Position numbers and translations under genes: made by a program. Below the pieces are notes generated by a model. The model saw nothing but the letters and a program-made list of their open reading frames with translations, ran no database searches and was not told the origin of the DNA. 44,518 nucleotides of DNA. Origin: a virus (lineage: Duplodnaviria; Caudoviricetes). Location: IMG/VR virus record IMGVR_UViG_3300048998_000075, positions 1 to 44,518 of that record; one strand, 5' to 3'. Shown here piece after piece: positions 34,532-44,090 of the stretch (its first letter is position 1; the number at the start of each line of letters is the position of its first letter).

Positions 34532-34687
34532 ATGACTGCACAACTGACACCAATCACCGAGGTCGAGCAGATCGCGGCCACTCAGCCCAGCGACTACGGG
34601 CGGGAGTTGCGGGACGCCGTCGCGGGGATGCTCGGCTGCAAGGCTGACGAGCTGCACCCCGACCCGGTACGCCGAGCCGACGCCTAA
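34532..34687 (+). CDS. 51-aa hypothetical protein (not in ORF track)
   Basis: GGGAGGG RBS; TTGATC-17 bp-TACGGT promoter; MTAQLTPITEVEQ...RRADA. Confidence 0.6.
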   Translation: MTAQLTPITEVEQIAATQPSDYGRELRDAVAGMLGCKADELHPDPVRRADA

Positions 34688-35394
34688 GCGCACAACCCGT
34701 GGGCCTGTAGCACGGCGATCACGTCGGCGAGCGTCACCGGGGTAGCTGACTGCGCCACCGGGGCGTGACCGTGGAACCCCACATGACCAGGGATGCTCAC
34801 GTTGTGCGTCGACTTCCCCAACACAAACGCGTTAGCTGCTGCGGCTGTGACGGACGCGCCGACCGCCACCGAATCGGTGCCAGTCGCATGCGCCCCCGCA
34901 CCGATCGCGATACCGAAATCCGACGCGGCGTGAACGACCGCACCGTCCCCGATCGCTATCGCGTCCTCGCTACCGGCACCGGAGAACACGCCGATAGCGA
35001 TAGCGGACAGCGCCATACCGTTCAGCCCCGCATTAGCGCCGATCGCTACAGCCGTGTCGGGGGCCGTGGCCCCCGTGCCGACCGCGACACCCGCTATCGC
35101 GGTCGCAGACGCACCGTCTCCGATGGCGATACCGTCCGACGCGGAAGCGGTCGCCTCCAACCCGATAGCTACACAGCCGGACACGTCAGCGGCAGCAAGA
35201 AGCCCGATAACCACCGGGTCCACAGCGAAGTCAGGCTTCGGGGCGTACGCCCTAACGGCTGCGGCCGGGTCGCGTGGGGCTTGCCGGGCGAACCCGGTAC
35301 GGCCCGGCGCGGAGCTCGCATCGCCGCGGGTGATCGCAGTCCGCAACTCCCGGTCCCGCGCCGACTGCGGCAGCCGATCCGGTGGGCGCGTCAC
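34684..35394 (-). CDS. tail fibre/adhesin with YadA-head-like repeats
   Basis: About 8 repeats of xAIG..A.A with ~14-aa periodicity. Confidence 0.75.
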   Translation of the reverse strand: MTRPPDRLPQSARDRELRTAITRGDASSAPGRTGFARQAPRDPAAAVRAYAPKPDFAVDPVVIGLLAAADVSGCVAIGLEATASASDGIAIGDGASATAIAGVAVGTGATAPDTAVAIGANAGLNGMALSAIAIGVFSGAGSEDAIAIGDGAVVHAASDFGIAIGAGAHATGTDSVAVGASVTAAAANAFVLGKSTHNVSIPGHVGFHGHAPVAQSATPVTLADVIAVLQAHGLCA

Positions 35395-37388
35395 GTCCGG
35401 TCCTCCACGAACTCCGGGTACGTCTCGACAGCGCCGTCAACCTTCTTGACTGTCACAGCCAGGTACCGGCCTTTCATGGTTGAGCCGCGCCGGCCGGGGA
35501 CGGTGAGGGAGTCACCGAAGTTGTAGTCCCGGTACGGCTGGGGGCCTTGCACGGTGGACGTTTGGCACGTCACCCCGATCTGCACATGCGCGGACTCCGC
35601 GAGCTGTGCGGCCGCGAGCGAGGCTGCGGTGGCGGGGGTGGATGCGGAGCCGAGGGACACCCCGGTCTCGATCCGGCCTACAGCGGCGAGCCCGGCCGCG
35701 TCGGTCGTCTCCTGCCAAGTGCCGTCCGCCAGTTGTGTCAGCAGCACCGTGGACCGCGCCGACGAGGCGATCACGTCGTAGGCAATCACCCCGCCGCCCT
35801 CACCGAGCGCGAGGGTTTGGGATGCGGAGATGTCGGCGCCCATCCGGTCGTAGGCGTTCAACGTCATCGTGGCCGGGTCGACACGGAAGTTGATGTGCGA
35901 CTCCCCCAACTGCGACACCACATCAGCGAGGGAGATGGTGCCGATGGCGAAGGAGTATTCGTCGGGGGTGTCTGTGAACGGCTGCCCGTCCGAGTCATGG
36001 GTGTCGGTGAACCCGATCCGTAGGGATGTGGCGCCGGGGACGTCGCGGGCCTGCGCCTCCTCGATCAGCAGCTTCGCGACCTGTGCCCGGCGGAAGCCCG
36101 GTTGCACGTCGGTGACGATCCAGTCCGTCGTGTTGGTTTGCACGACCGGCCCGCCAGCGATCACCGCACCGTCCTTGTCGACCTTCCGCATGTTCGCGAT
36201 GAACCCCACCGGGTTCGGTGTCCCAGCGAACGCCGGGATCGGGACGGTGTTCTCTACCCGCGCCGCCCACCTGTGTGTCCCGGCGGTGAGGCGGATCGGG
36301 ATCTCTGACGCGGTGCGCCACGCGAAGTAGTTGGACCGGTCCACGGCAAGGATCTGCTCGCCGTCCATGAACATCTCGAGGAAGTTGTCTCCCGCCGCGA
36401 GGATCTTCACGTCGATGGTGGCGGGGAGGGTGAACGTACAGATGAACCAGTTCTGCGTGGAGGCCGAGACACCCGTGTTGGGGCTCGAGCGGGCGATCCA
36501 GTTGTCTGCGGTGGTGAATCCGACCGGCAGCGCGAAGTGCCGTCCGCCGACCTGGCCCCACGGCACGGACCGGGGCGTGTGCCAGTCGGAGGCGATCCGC
36601 CACGGCCCGTCCGCCGACATGTACCCGAAATGCCGGTCGCTCGACGAGGTGCGCTTCAACCCGTACTCGGGTTCGATGAACGCCTGATCCAGCAGCGACA
36701 GGAGGCCGGGTTGGTTGTCGAACGCCACCCACTTGCGGCCATCCTTGCCGAACTGGATGCCTTCGGAGTTGAGGCGGCACCCGAACCGGACCTGGCCGCG
36801 CCACACGAACTTGACGATGCCGCCGAAGTCCACCGGCCCAGCATCATCGAGTGGGATACGGATGCCTGCGCTGCCACGCTGCGACACCTCGTCGCGGTAC
36901 GTGTGGGCGTCGGCGGTGAAGAGGAACGCGATCTGTGTCTGCCCAGTCGGGTCGTACAGGTAGGCGTCGATGGTGTCGGGGATCAGTTCCCCGTTGATTG
37001 ATCCTGGTAGGGCGGTGATGGTGAAGGTGGCGACGGGGGCGCTGAGCGTGACGGCCGCACTGATCGTGCCTGCCGGTGCGGCGACCGCGAATGTGGCGGT
37101 GACGCCCGCGATAGTCACGGCGCCACCCGTGTCGACGGTCCCCGCAGGGGCGGCTATCGCGAGGTTGACGACGGGGCCAGCGAGGGTGACGCCCACCGAG
37201 ACCGAACCTGCCGGTGCCGTGATCGTGACGGCTGCGACTGGCCCGGCGAGGGCGACACCCGCCCCCACCGACCCGGCAGGGGCCGCGATGACCAGCGCCG
37301 CTACGGCACCAACGAGCGTGACGCCCGAAACCGCAGGGGCAAGGACGACATGCGGCTGGATCGGTGCCGCGCGCCCAAGGCGGGCCAC
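35391..37388 (-). CDS. large minor tail (hub/tip) protein with N-terminal 22-aa repeats
   Basis: YNFGDSLTV hub-like C-terminus, internal GDNFLEMFMDG beta-sandwich, five N-terminal repeats. Confidence 0.8.
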   Translation of the reverse strand: MARLGRAAPIQPHVVLAPAVSGVTLVGAVAALVIAAPAGSVGAGVALAGPVAAVTITAPAGSVSVGVTLAGPVVNLAIAAPAGTVDTGGAVTIAGVTATFAVAAPAGTISAAVTLSAPVATFTITALPGSINGELIPDTIDAYLYDPTGQTQIAFLFTADAHTYRDEVSQRGSAGIRIPLDDAGPVDFGGIVKFVWRGQVRFGCRLNSEGIQFGKDGRKWVAFDNQPGLLSLLDQAFIEPEYGLKRTSSSDRHFGYMSADGPWRIASDWHTPRSVPWGQVGGRHFALPVGFTTADNWIARSSPNTGVSASTQNWFICTFTLPATIDVKILAAGDNFLEMFMDGEQILAVDRSNYFAWRTASEIPIRLTAGTHRWAARVENTVPIPAFAGTPNPVGFIANMRKVDKDGAVIAGGPVVQTNTTDWIVTDVQPGFRRAQVAKLLIEEAQARDVPGATSLRIGFTDTHDSDGQPFTDTPDEYSFAIGTISLADVVSQLGESHINFRVDPATMTLNAYDRMGADISASQTLALGEGGGVIAYDVIASSARSTVLLTQLADGTWQETTDAAGLAAVGRIETGVSLGSASTPATAASLAAAQLAESAHVQIGVTCQTSTVQGPQPYRDYNFGDSLTVPGRRGSTMKGRYLAVTVKKVDGAVETYPEFVEDRT

Positions 37389-37391
37389 TCG

Positions 37392-37853
37392 TCACTCCTC
37401 CCAGGTGAGGGTGGCGCGCACGTTCGGCGTCCCTGACGGAGCGGTGACGCGCAGGCCGTAGGTCTTGCTGGGCGGTACGGCAATCTCCCGGCCGAGGGGC
37501 AGCAGCGACTCGTACAGCCCGCCGGCGGGCACGTACCAGCAATCCAACTGGGTGGCCACTGTCGGCTCCGCGGTGTAGCCGCGCTGCACCGAGGTGACGC
37601 GGCTGGTGTCGGCGGTGCCGCCGACCTTGTTGACCGTCTCCGCGGCGCCGGGTGTTCCCGCTGTGGCCTGGTCGAACGAGACGAGCTCGACGAGGAACAC
37701 GCCAGCGGTGACGGACCAGTCGTTGGAGAACCGCAGGCCGATCAGGTTCAACTGCGTGGTGGAGCCGTTGACGATCGACAGCACCGTCTTCGCGGTGGTC
37801 GAGGTTGCCACCGCCGCGGTGGTGGTGGCGTTGTACTGCTTGCTGTTGGCCAT
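37392..37853 (-). CDS. virion structural protein (beta-rich)
   Basis: AGGAG RBS; located in the tail module. Confidence 0.7.
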   Translation of the reverse strand: MANSKQYNATTTAAVATSTTAKTVLSIVNGSTTQLNLIGLRFSNDWSVTAGVFLVELVSFDQATAGTPGAAETVNKVGGTADTSRVTSVQRGYTAEPTVATQLDCWYVPAGGLYESLLPLGREIAVPPSKTYGLRVTAPSGTPNVRATLTWEE

Positions 37854-37863
37854 GGTCAGGCTC

Positions 37864-38592
37864 CTATCGGGTTGCTGCGCGCATGAGGGCCGTTCGGCCG
37901 AGGTGGCGGATCAGGGGGACGGCGGATGCCGACGCGATGCCAGCGTTGTAGTGCGCGAGGATGCGTGCGGCGGACAGTTCCGTCCCGTAGATCGCAGGGG
38001 ACTGCATCGTGCCGATGTACTGGAACCCGCCACCCGTGAAGTTGCCGAGCCGCACGGGCTCTGTCGTCCCGGTCTGCGGGGTGAAGCCTGCCCCGGTGGC
38101 GATTTGCGCCCCGTCGATGTAGATCTTCTGCGCGGTGGCGCTCAGCGTCATGAAGCAGTGGTGGGCGACGCCGTCCGCGTAGGCGAACGCCGAGATAAGC
38201 GACGTCAGCACTGCGGTGGAACTCCACGCGTCGAACTCCATGTTCCCGCCGCTGGCGAAGCGCGCTTGGAACTGCCGCACGGTACCCGAGTTGGAGCGAG
38301 AGAGCGGGATCATGCTGCTGGTGGTGGTCGTCTTGAACCACCACTCCACCGAATACGCCGCCAGCGAGTTCATCCACGACCCGTTGGCCGTCGACGCGTT
38401 ATCAGAGCCGCCGAATACGGTTGCCGTCCCCGGCAGTCCGGGTGCCAACGCCGCAGCGCCGAACGTCGGCGCGCCGGTGATCGCCGCCGCGCGGGAGTTG
38501 CCCGACGAGTCAGCGAACGACGTGCCCGACGCCTCGTCCAGCTTCCACCACGCCAGCGGTGAGTCCGCGAGAACCTCGGACGAGTAGGTCAC
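37864..38592 (-). CDS. LamG/concanavalin A-like lectin virion protein
   Basis: VLADSPLAWWKLDEASGT..DSSGN, SVEWWFKT, KIYIDG, ELSAARILAHY. Confidence 0.88.
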   Translation of the reverse strand: MTYSSEVLADSPLAWWKLDEASGTSFADSSGNSRAAAITGAPTFGAAALAPGLPGTATVFGGSDNASTANGSWMNSLAAYSVEWWFKTTTTSSMIPLSRSNSGTVRQFQARFASGGNMEFDAWSSTAVLTSLISAFAYADGVAHHCFMTLSATAQKIYIDGAQIATGAGFTPQTGTTEPVRLGNFTGGGFQYIGTMQSPAIYGTELSAARILAHYNAGIASASAVPLIRHLGRTALMRAATR

Positions 38593-38595
38593 CGG

Positions 38596-39264
38596 CTATG
38601 ACCCGGTGATCGGACGAGAGTTCACGTTGTGAGAACCGCAATCGAGACACTGCATGACGACTCCATTTCCGTGTTGACCCTGTCGAAGTTGAAGGTTCTC
38701 AAGGCGGTTATCGTCTCGAATCCCATTGATGTGATGGACCGATTCGGTACGCAATAGCGGGCGTCCGAGCGAGTGCGCCATGACTAGTCGGTGCTCGGCC
38801 GCGTAGCCCAATTTGTTGCACATGACGCCGTACGGGTCGCCCCGCTCAATCAACACGAAGACATAACCATCGCGAAGGGTTCGGCCACCCTTCCAATGCC
38901 CGTGTTCGGCACCGCGTACGGCGTGGGGACGATCGACAACAGGCACCCCTCGCCCGCGAAGCGCACGCCGGACCACGTTGGGCCATACGCCGAGGTCACT
39001 GCCGATGAACGTTGCGCTCTTGCCCTCGTTCCAAAGCGTCACCGCCCGAGCCATCTCGGCATCGCTCAAAGCCCTCCGAGGAGCACCTCCATGCCCGTAG
39101 TACCCACCGGGCCGCGACACGTAGACGCCCTGTCGGACAAGTGCGCCGCGTATCGCTGGGTATGCCCCGCCGTACTCGCGGCGAAGCTCGGCTAGACAGG
39201 CACCATTCGCGAACTTCTCCGCAATGATCGCCTCTTGCTCAGGGGTGTAAGCGCGCGCACTCAT
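38596..39264 (-). CDS. free-standing HNH homing endonuclease with N-terminal HTH repeats
   Basis: WKGG..GYV..EHRLVMA..LGRPL..ESVHHINGIRDDNRLENLQL. Confidence 0.92.
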   Translation of the reverse strand: MSARAYTPEQEAIIAEKFANGACLAELRREYGGAYPAIRGALVRQGVYVSRPGGYYGHGGAPRRALSDAEMARAVTLWNEGKSATFIGSDLGVWPNVVRRALRGRGVPVVDRPHAVRGAEHGHWKGGRTLRDGYVFVLIERGDPYGVMCNKLGYAAEHRLVMAHSLGRPLLRTESVHHINGIRDDNRLENLQLRQGQHGNGVVMQCLDCGSHNVNSRPITGS

Positions 39265-39292
39265 ACCCTTTAGAACAACACGCTCGTTCTAA

Positions 39293-39736
39293 TTATGCCG
39301 ACGTGATCGTCAGCACACCGGACGCATTTACTTGCAGCGTGAACGGCGAGGCCGTTGACGTGAACGTGCCGCCGAGATCCCAGTAGCACAGCACGGGGTT
39401 GGTGGCGTTGCTGCCGGGGGTGGAGTCGTAGAACAGGGCATACGCAGCGGAGACGGTCGAGGACGCCCACGTCGGGTCGGCACAGTCCAGCGTGTACACG
39501 TGCCCGGACGCGGCCCACGTGACCGATGCGAGGGTCTGCCCGCCCGCCGTGTAGCCGGTGCCAGACGCCTCGGTCGCGACGCCCAGCACGTCGGAGACGA
39601 ACTTCGCGGTGTCCTGCGTGCTGCCCACCGTGTATGCGGACAGCAGCATCACCTTCAACGTGTCGGAGTCGAGGTCGACGGTCTTCTGCGCGAGCGCATC
39701 CGCGAGCTTCGTGTAGGTGTGAGCGGTTACTGCGAT
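39293..39736 (-). CDS. tail fibre/filament subunit; probable ATC start
   Basis: VDLDSDTLKVMLL..EASGTGYTAGGQTL..DPTW; AAGGAG 9 nt before an in-frame ATC. Confidence 0.75.
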   Translation of the reverse strand: MAVTAHTYTKLADALAQKTVDLDSDTLKVMLLSAYTVGSTQDTAKFVSDVLGVATEASGTGYTAGGQTLASVTWAASGHVYTLDCADPTWASSTVSAAYALFYDSTPGSNATNPVLCYWDLGGTFTSTASPFTLQVNASGVLTITSA

Positions 39737-39799
39737 GGGGACCAGCTCCTTGTGTAGCCGATTGCGGCGGTAAGCCGATCGGGATCAGCAGCGAGAGCG

Positions 39800-40255
39800 C
39801 TACGGGACGAGGCGGTTGGACGTGGCGGGGTCGAGCCAGTAGCCCTTGAGCTGGTAGTACTGCAACTCGCTACGCCCCGTTTGGGGGTTGAGGATCGCGT
39901 CCGCTAGGCCGGTGACGAACCGGCCCGGCGCGGTGTGATCCACAGTCGGACCCGACGCTGGAACATGCCGGCGGGTGAGGCTGACGAGGCCGCCTGTGGT
40001 GGTGCCGCCGATCAACGCGCCGAGCGCGAGCAGGTTCGTCACCATGGCGTCCTCGGTGGCGCCCTGCACCTGGATGGGGATGCGCAGCAGATAGGCGGCG
40101 AGCGGAAGCGCGGCGCCGAGCTCGCCGTCCGCGTCGGCCACAACGTCGGACGAGCCACGCCGGGTGCCGGGCGCGAACCAGCCGTTGATGTACCCCACCA
40201 CGGACACGCCCGTCAACGCCCGCACGTCGTGGCCGTCGATGAGGATGGTGCGCAT
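39800..40255 (-). CDS. distal tail protein-like
   Basis: Immediately after the tape measure gene, coupled stop/start. Confidence 0.65.
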   Translation of the reverse strand: MRTILIDGHDVRALTGVSVVGYINGWFAPGTRRGSSDVVADADGELGAALPLAAYLLRIPIQVQGATEDAMVTNLLALGALIGGTTTGGLVSLTRRHVPASGPTVDHTAPGRFVTGLADAILNPQTGRSELQYYQLKGYWLDPATSNRLVP

Positions 40256-43200
40256 CAGACGTAGCTCTGCAACTGGTGAGCGGCCATCGACGCGGCACGC
40301 GGGGCAAGCTCGGAGACGGTCTCCGGCTCGGGGTAGTAGATCGGCCCGAGCTGCAGATGCTCGATCGTTGTCCCCTTAGCCTGGGTGCCGTTGCTCATCG
40401 CCGCGCCCGCCCCTGAGTAGCCGCCCGCGGCCGGTGCGTTGATCCCCGAGCCCCGGTACTGCCCAGCGTTGATCTGCTTCAACAGCGGACGCCACATAGC
40501 CGCGTACGGCATCTGAACGACTTCCTCACCAGCGGACAGCGCCCACGGGCCGCGGGGGCTGGACACGATCACGGAGTCCGACTTCGGGCCACCCGCACCC
40601 GTCACGGTGCCGCCGCCAGCGGAGTGACCCGCCACCCCGGAAGCGCCACGCTCACCGGACAGGAACACCTTGTCGGCGATGCCTGCGTTGATCTTCGCCC
40701 CGGCGACGATGGCAGCGATCAGCTTGTTGAGCGCGGTCAAATCCTTGAGTGCCTTCGCCGCGTCCAGTTCGAGCTTCGTCGTCGCCTTCTTCGGGATCTT
40801 CAACATCGAGTCGACGTACTTCGTCACCTCGCCGCGGTTCGCACCGTTCGCGACAGCGTTGTTGATGATCTCGGTGCGGAGTTCGAGGAGCTTCTTGCGG
40901 TACTTCTCCGCGCCGTCCTTCCCTGTGTCGTACGACTTCGCCAGAGCCTCCGCGGAAGAGATCTGCTGGATGAGGTCGCCACGGTTCTGCACCGCCGCCT
41001 CAGTCAAACCTGCCAGCGACTTCGACGCGGCGGCGTATGCCTGCGACAACGCGGTAGCGGCCGACGCGGCAGCCTGCTGCGCTGAGGTGACTTGCCGCTG
41101 AGCGGCGTCCATCTGCAACGCGGCCGTCTTCTCCGCGTCAGACGCGGCAGCAAGGCGGTTCTTGGCCGTGATGATCGCGAGTTGCGCGGCAGCCTCAGCT
41201 TTCTTGTCCGCCGCAACCTGCTTGCTGCCCTTTGACGCGGCAGCATCCGCCTTCGTCACAGCGGCCTGAGCAGCGGCGAGTTGCGCGGCGGTCGCGTTCG
41301 GGTTGGTCTTCAACGCGGCGAGGGCGGCGTGCGCGGCAGCAGCGGCCTGCGTCGCCTTCGTTGAGGCGGCCTGATCCGCAGCGAGTTTCCGGTGTGCAGC
41401 CGACTCAGCCGCGACAGCCCGCGAAACCGCGGACTGCGCCGTCGTCAGTTGCCGCTGCGCCGCGCCCTCCGCGATCGACGCCTTAGTCACCGCATCCTGC
41501 GCCGACGCGAGTTGCTGACTGGCCGATGCGGACTGCTGCTGCGCCGACGTGATGGCCTGCTGCTCCTGCACCGCTTTCTGCGCCGACGACGCGAGCGCCG
41601 AATCCATCTGGTTCTGCGCCTGAGCGTTGGAGATATTGGCATCGACAAGCGCCTGCACCGCGAGGGCGAGCCTCGTCGCCGCAGCGGCAGCGGTGTCCAT
41701 CGGCGGTGCCGCCTGCCGGTTCACCTCGTTCAGCCGGTTCTGCGTGTCGATGTTCCCGCCGAGCGAGGTACGCAACGTCTCGATCGTCGTGACGAGGTTG
41801 CCTGCGGCTAGCTTCTGCTCAGCCAGATCACGGATCGACTGGCCGTTAGTCGGCCCTGCGTTCAGATTCGACAGCTTCTTCAGCGTGTCGATGAGACGCT
41901 TGTAGTCCTGGTCAGAGCCGTTGACGGCCTTAGTCAGATCGCCGTAGGTCAGGGCGACGTCCTTGTTGCCCTTCTTGAGCGAGTCGAGAGTCGAGAACGC
42001 CTTCTGATCGCTGAGCAGCTTGTTCGTTGCCGTGATGTTGTACGTGTTCAGGGCGTCCGTCGAGTGCTTCACCGAATCGGCGTAGGTGTTGTTCGCGTCC
42101 GCCGCGCCCTTCGTGTTGCCCGCGGTGCTGAACATGATCGCGCCGAGAGCAGCCACCCCGATGACGAGCGCGCCGATAGGGCCAGCCATCGCGGCCCAGC
42201 CCGCACCCGCCGCAACACCGGACGTTTCCACGGCGGCAGCAGCGGCCTCGGCTGATGCCGTGATCTCCGCAGCGGATGCCACGGCGGCCGTGGCGGCGGC
42301 CTGGAACGCGGCAGCTTCGGCTATCGCGGCCTCGGCCGCTGCGGCGGCACCAGCGGCGAGGACCGATGACGTGCCCTCTACTGCGGCAGCGATAGCGACG
42401 GCGGACTCTGCGGCAGCAGCAGCCTTCTCCGCTTCGGCCACGGCGATAATGGCGGCGGCACGCTGGGTAGCGGCAGCGGCGGCCAACTGGGACGCTGCGA
42501 TCGTCTCGGCGGACTGGACGGACGTGACACCCATCGCCGTCAGCGCGGCGTTGACGCTGGCGACGATGAACGTGATGCCCTGATACACCTTGAATGCCGC
42601 GTACAGCGACACGACCAGGGGGATCGCGGTTTGCAGCACACCAATGGGGATCTGGTCCAACACGTGGATGAACGCCGTAATGCCGGTGAGCAGCACCCCA
42701 CCGAACGGGGCCGCGCCCTGCGCCAAATGGCTCACTAGCACGATGAGGCTGCCGAGCAGGTTCATCACTGCGGGCAGTTCGGCTTGCACGTACGCCACGA
42801 ACGACGAGATGCCAGTGGTGGACTGCGCCCAATGCTCAAGATGCTGCGCGCCGTTAGCGAGCAGGTTCCCGAACGTGACGAACAGGGGGTTGAGGGCGTT
42901 GAGGATCGTCACCAACGCCGGGATCGCGCCAGCAGCTATCCGGCCGATCTGGGTGGACATGAGCGCGATGTCCTGGTTGACGGTCGCGAACAGGGGACGC
43001 AACGCGCCCATCGCCTGATCCAACCCAGCCAGCAGACCGGACGCGGCAGTCGTCTTAAGCGTCCCCAGCCAGCCCTGCAACTGCTGAATGTCCGCGCCGT
43101 ACTGGGTGCCCGCGAGCGCACCAGACTTGAACTCGTCGGTGATGCCCTTCACGCCGAGCGCGACAGTCGCCACCACAGGGATCAACCCGAGCAGCGCGCC

Positions 43201-43722
43201 ACCCGCCACGGCGGCGATCGGCACAGCAGCCGGCGCGACAGCAGCCAACGCAGCCCAAAGGTTCACGGTCGGCGGGGTCGCCTTCGACGCGTTGTCACCG
43301 ACAGCCGCCTCAGCAGCCGCCAGCTTCGCGGCGTCCGTGGTGGCTTTCTGCATCGCGCGGTCGTTGATGTCGTGCGCCGCCGCCAACTGCACCGTCGCCG
43401 CAGCGGTGCCGCGTCGCGCCTTCGCGACCGCTTCCTCCGCAGCCTTCAACCGGCCAGCCGACACACCCGCCTTGCCCTGCAAATCGACAAGCCTCTGCTG
43501 CGCGACCGCCTCGGCGCCCTGCGCGTCCTGCAACCGCTTCACGGCGGCAGCGACAGACGCCAACTGTGCGATAGCAGAGGGGGCGTTGGTGCTGATCTTG
43601 ATGTTCGGGTTGTGCCGCGCCAACTCGTCGGCCTTCGCGGCTGCCGCGCGGAGTTCGGTGTCCCAGTCGGACCTGTCGAGGCGGAGGTAGCCGACGATAC
43701 TTCCGATGTTTTCTGCGGACAC
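40255..43722 (-). CDS. tape measure protein
   Basis: 1155 aa, Ala-rich helical; IGSIVGYLRLD N-terminus; GGTVTGAGGPKSDSV..LSAGEEV C-terminal motif. Confidence 0.95.
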   Translation of the reverse strand: MSAENIGSIVGYLRLDRSDWDTELRAAAAKADELARHNPNIKISTNAPSAIAQLASVAAAVKRLQDAQGAEAVAQQRLVDLQGKAGVSAGRLKAAEEAVAKARRGTAAATVQLAAAHDINDRAMQKATTDAAKLAAAEAAVGDNASKATPPTVNLWAALAAVAPAAVPIAAVAGGALLGLIPVVATVALGVKGITDEFKSGALAGTQYGADIQQLQGWLGTLKTTAASGLLAGLDQAMGALRPLFATVNQDIALMSTQIGRIAAGAIPALVTILNALNPLFVTFGNLLANGAQHLEHWAQSTTGISSFVAYVQAELPAVMNLLGSLIVLVSHLAQGAAPFGGVLLTGITAFIHVLDQIPIGVLQTAIPLVVSLYAAFKVYQGITFIVASVNAALTAMGVTSVQSAETIAASQLAAAAATQRAAAIIAVAEAEKAAAAAESAVAIAAAVEGTSSVLAAGAAAAAEAAIAEAAAFQAAATAAVASAAEITASAEAAAAAVETSGVAAGAGWAAMAGPIGALVIGVAALGAIMFSTAGNTKGAADANNTYADSVKHSTDALNTYNITATNKLLSDQKAFSTLDSLKKGNKDVALTYGDLTKAVNGSDQDYKRLIDTLKKLSNLNAGPTNGQSIRDLAEQKLAAGNLVTTIETLRTSLGGNIDTQNRLNEVNRQAAPPMDTAAAAATRLALAVQALVDANISNAQAQNQMDSALASSAQKAVQEQQAITSAQQQSASASQQLASAQDAVTKASIAEGAAQRQLTTAQSAVSRAVAAESAAHRKLAADQAASTKATQAAAAAHAALAALKTNPNATAAQLAAAQAAVTKADAAASKGSKQVAADKKAEAAAQLAIITAKNRLAAASDAEKTAALQMDAAQRQVTSAQQAAASAATALSQAYAAASKSLAGLTEAAVQNRGDLIQQISSAEALAKSYDTGKDGAEKYRKKLLELRTEIINNAVANGANRGEVTKYVDSMLKIPKKATTKLELDAAKALKDLTALNKLIAAIVAGAKINAGIADKVFLSGERGASGVAGHSAGGGTVTGAGGPKSDSVIVSSPRGPWALSAGEEVVQMPYAAMWRPLLKQINAGQYRGSGINAPAAGGYSGAGAAMSNGTQAKGTTIEHLQLGPIYYPEPETVSELAPRAASMAAHQLQSYV

Positions 43723-43741
43723 GGGCTACCTCCAATCCTCG

Positions 43742-44090
43742 CTAGGTGGGCTGGTCGCTTGCGGGTGTGAAGTGCCGCGCTAGCCGGGTGTCGGCGGAGA
43801 GCAGCCCAGCGAGGTAGCCCTCGAAGTCACGCCACGACAGATCGCTGTTGCTCGTGCGGTGAAGTTGGATGCCGTACTCGGACGCGAAGTCCGCCCTTAT
43901 CAGGTCTCCTTGGGCGAGTATGTCGGCCCATTCGAGCGGCTCGCCCTCGGCTTCCTTGGGGACTTCGTAGTGGTCGTATTCGCCGGTGGCTTCGTCGATG
44001 ATTCGGGCGCCGGGGGCGGCGTACCGGGCGAGGTGGTCCCATTGGCGAGTTCCCGTGCTGCCGCCTGCATCGAGGCGGCCAGTGCTTCCG
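43742..44090 (-). CDS. tail assembly chaperone T part (-1 frame)
   Basis: W.DIL..DFASEYGI.L..LSWRDF..LAGLLSADTRL; overlaps G in the -1 frame. Confidence 0.75.

Noticed and set aside
41000-42500. Ala-rich low-complexity stretches in the tape measure gene
   Set aside because: Ordinary for tape measure proteins
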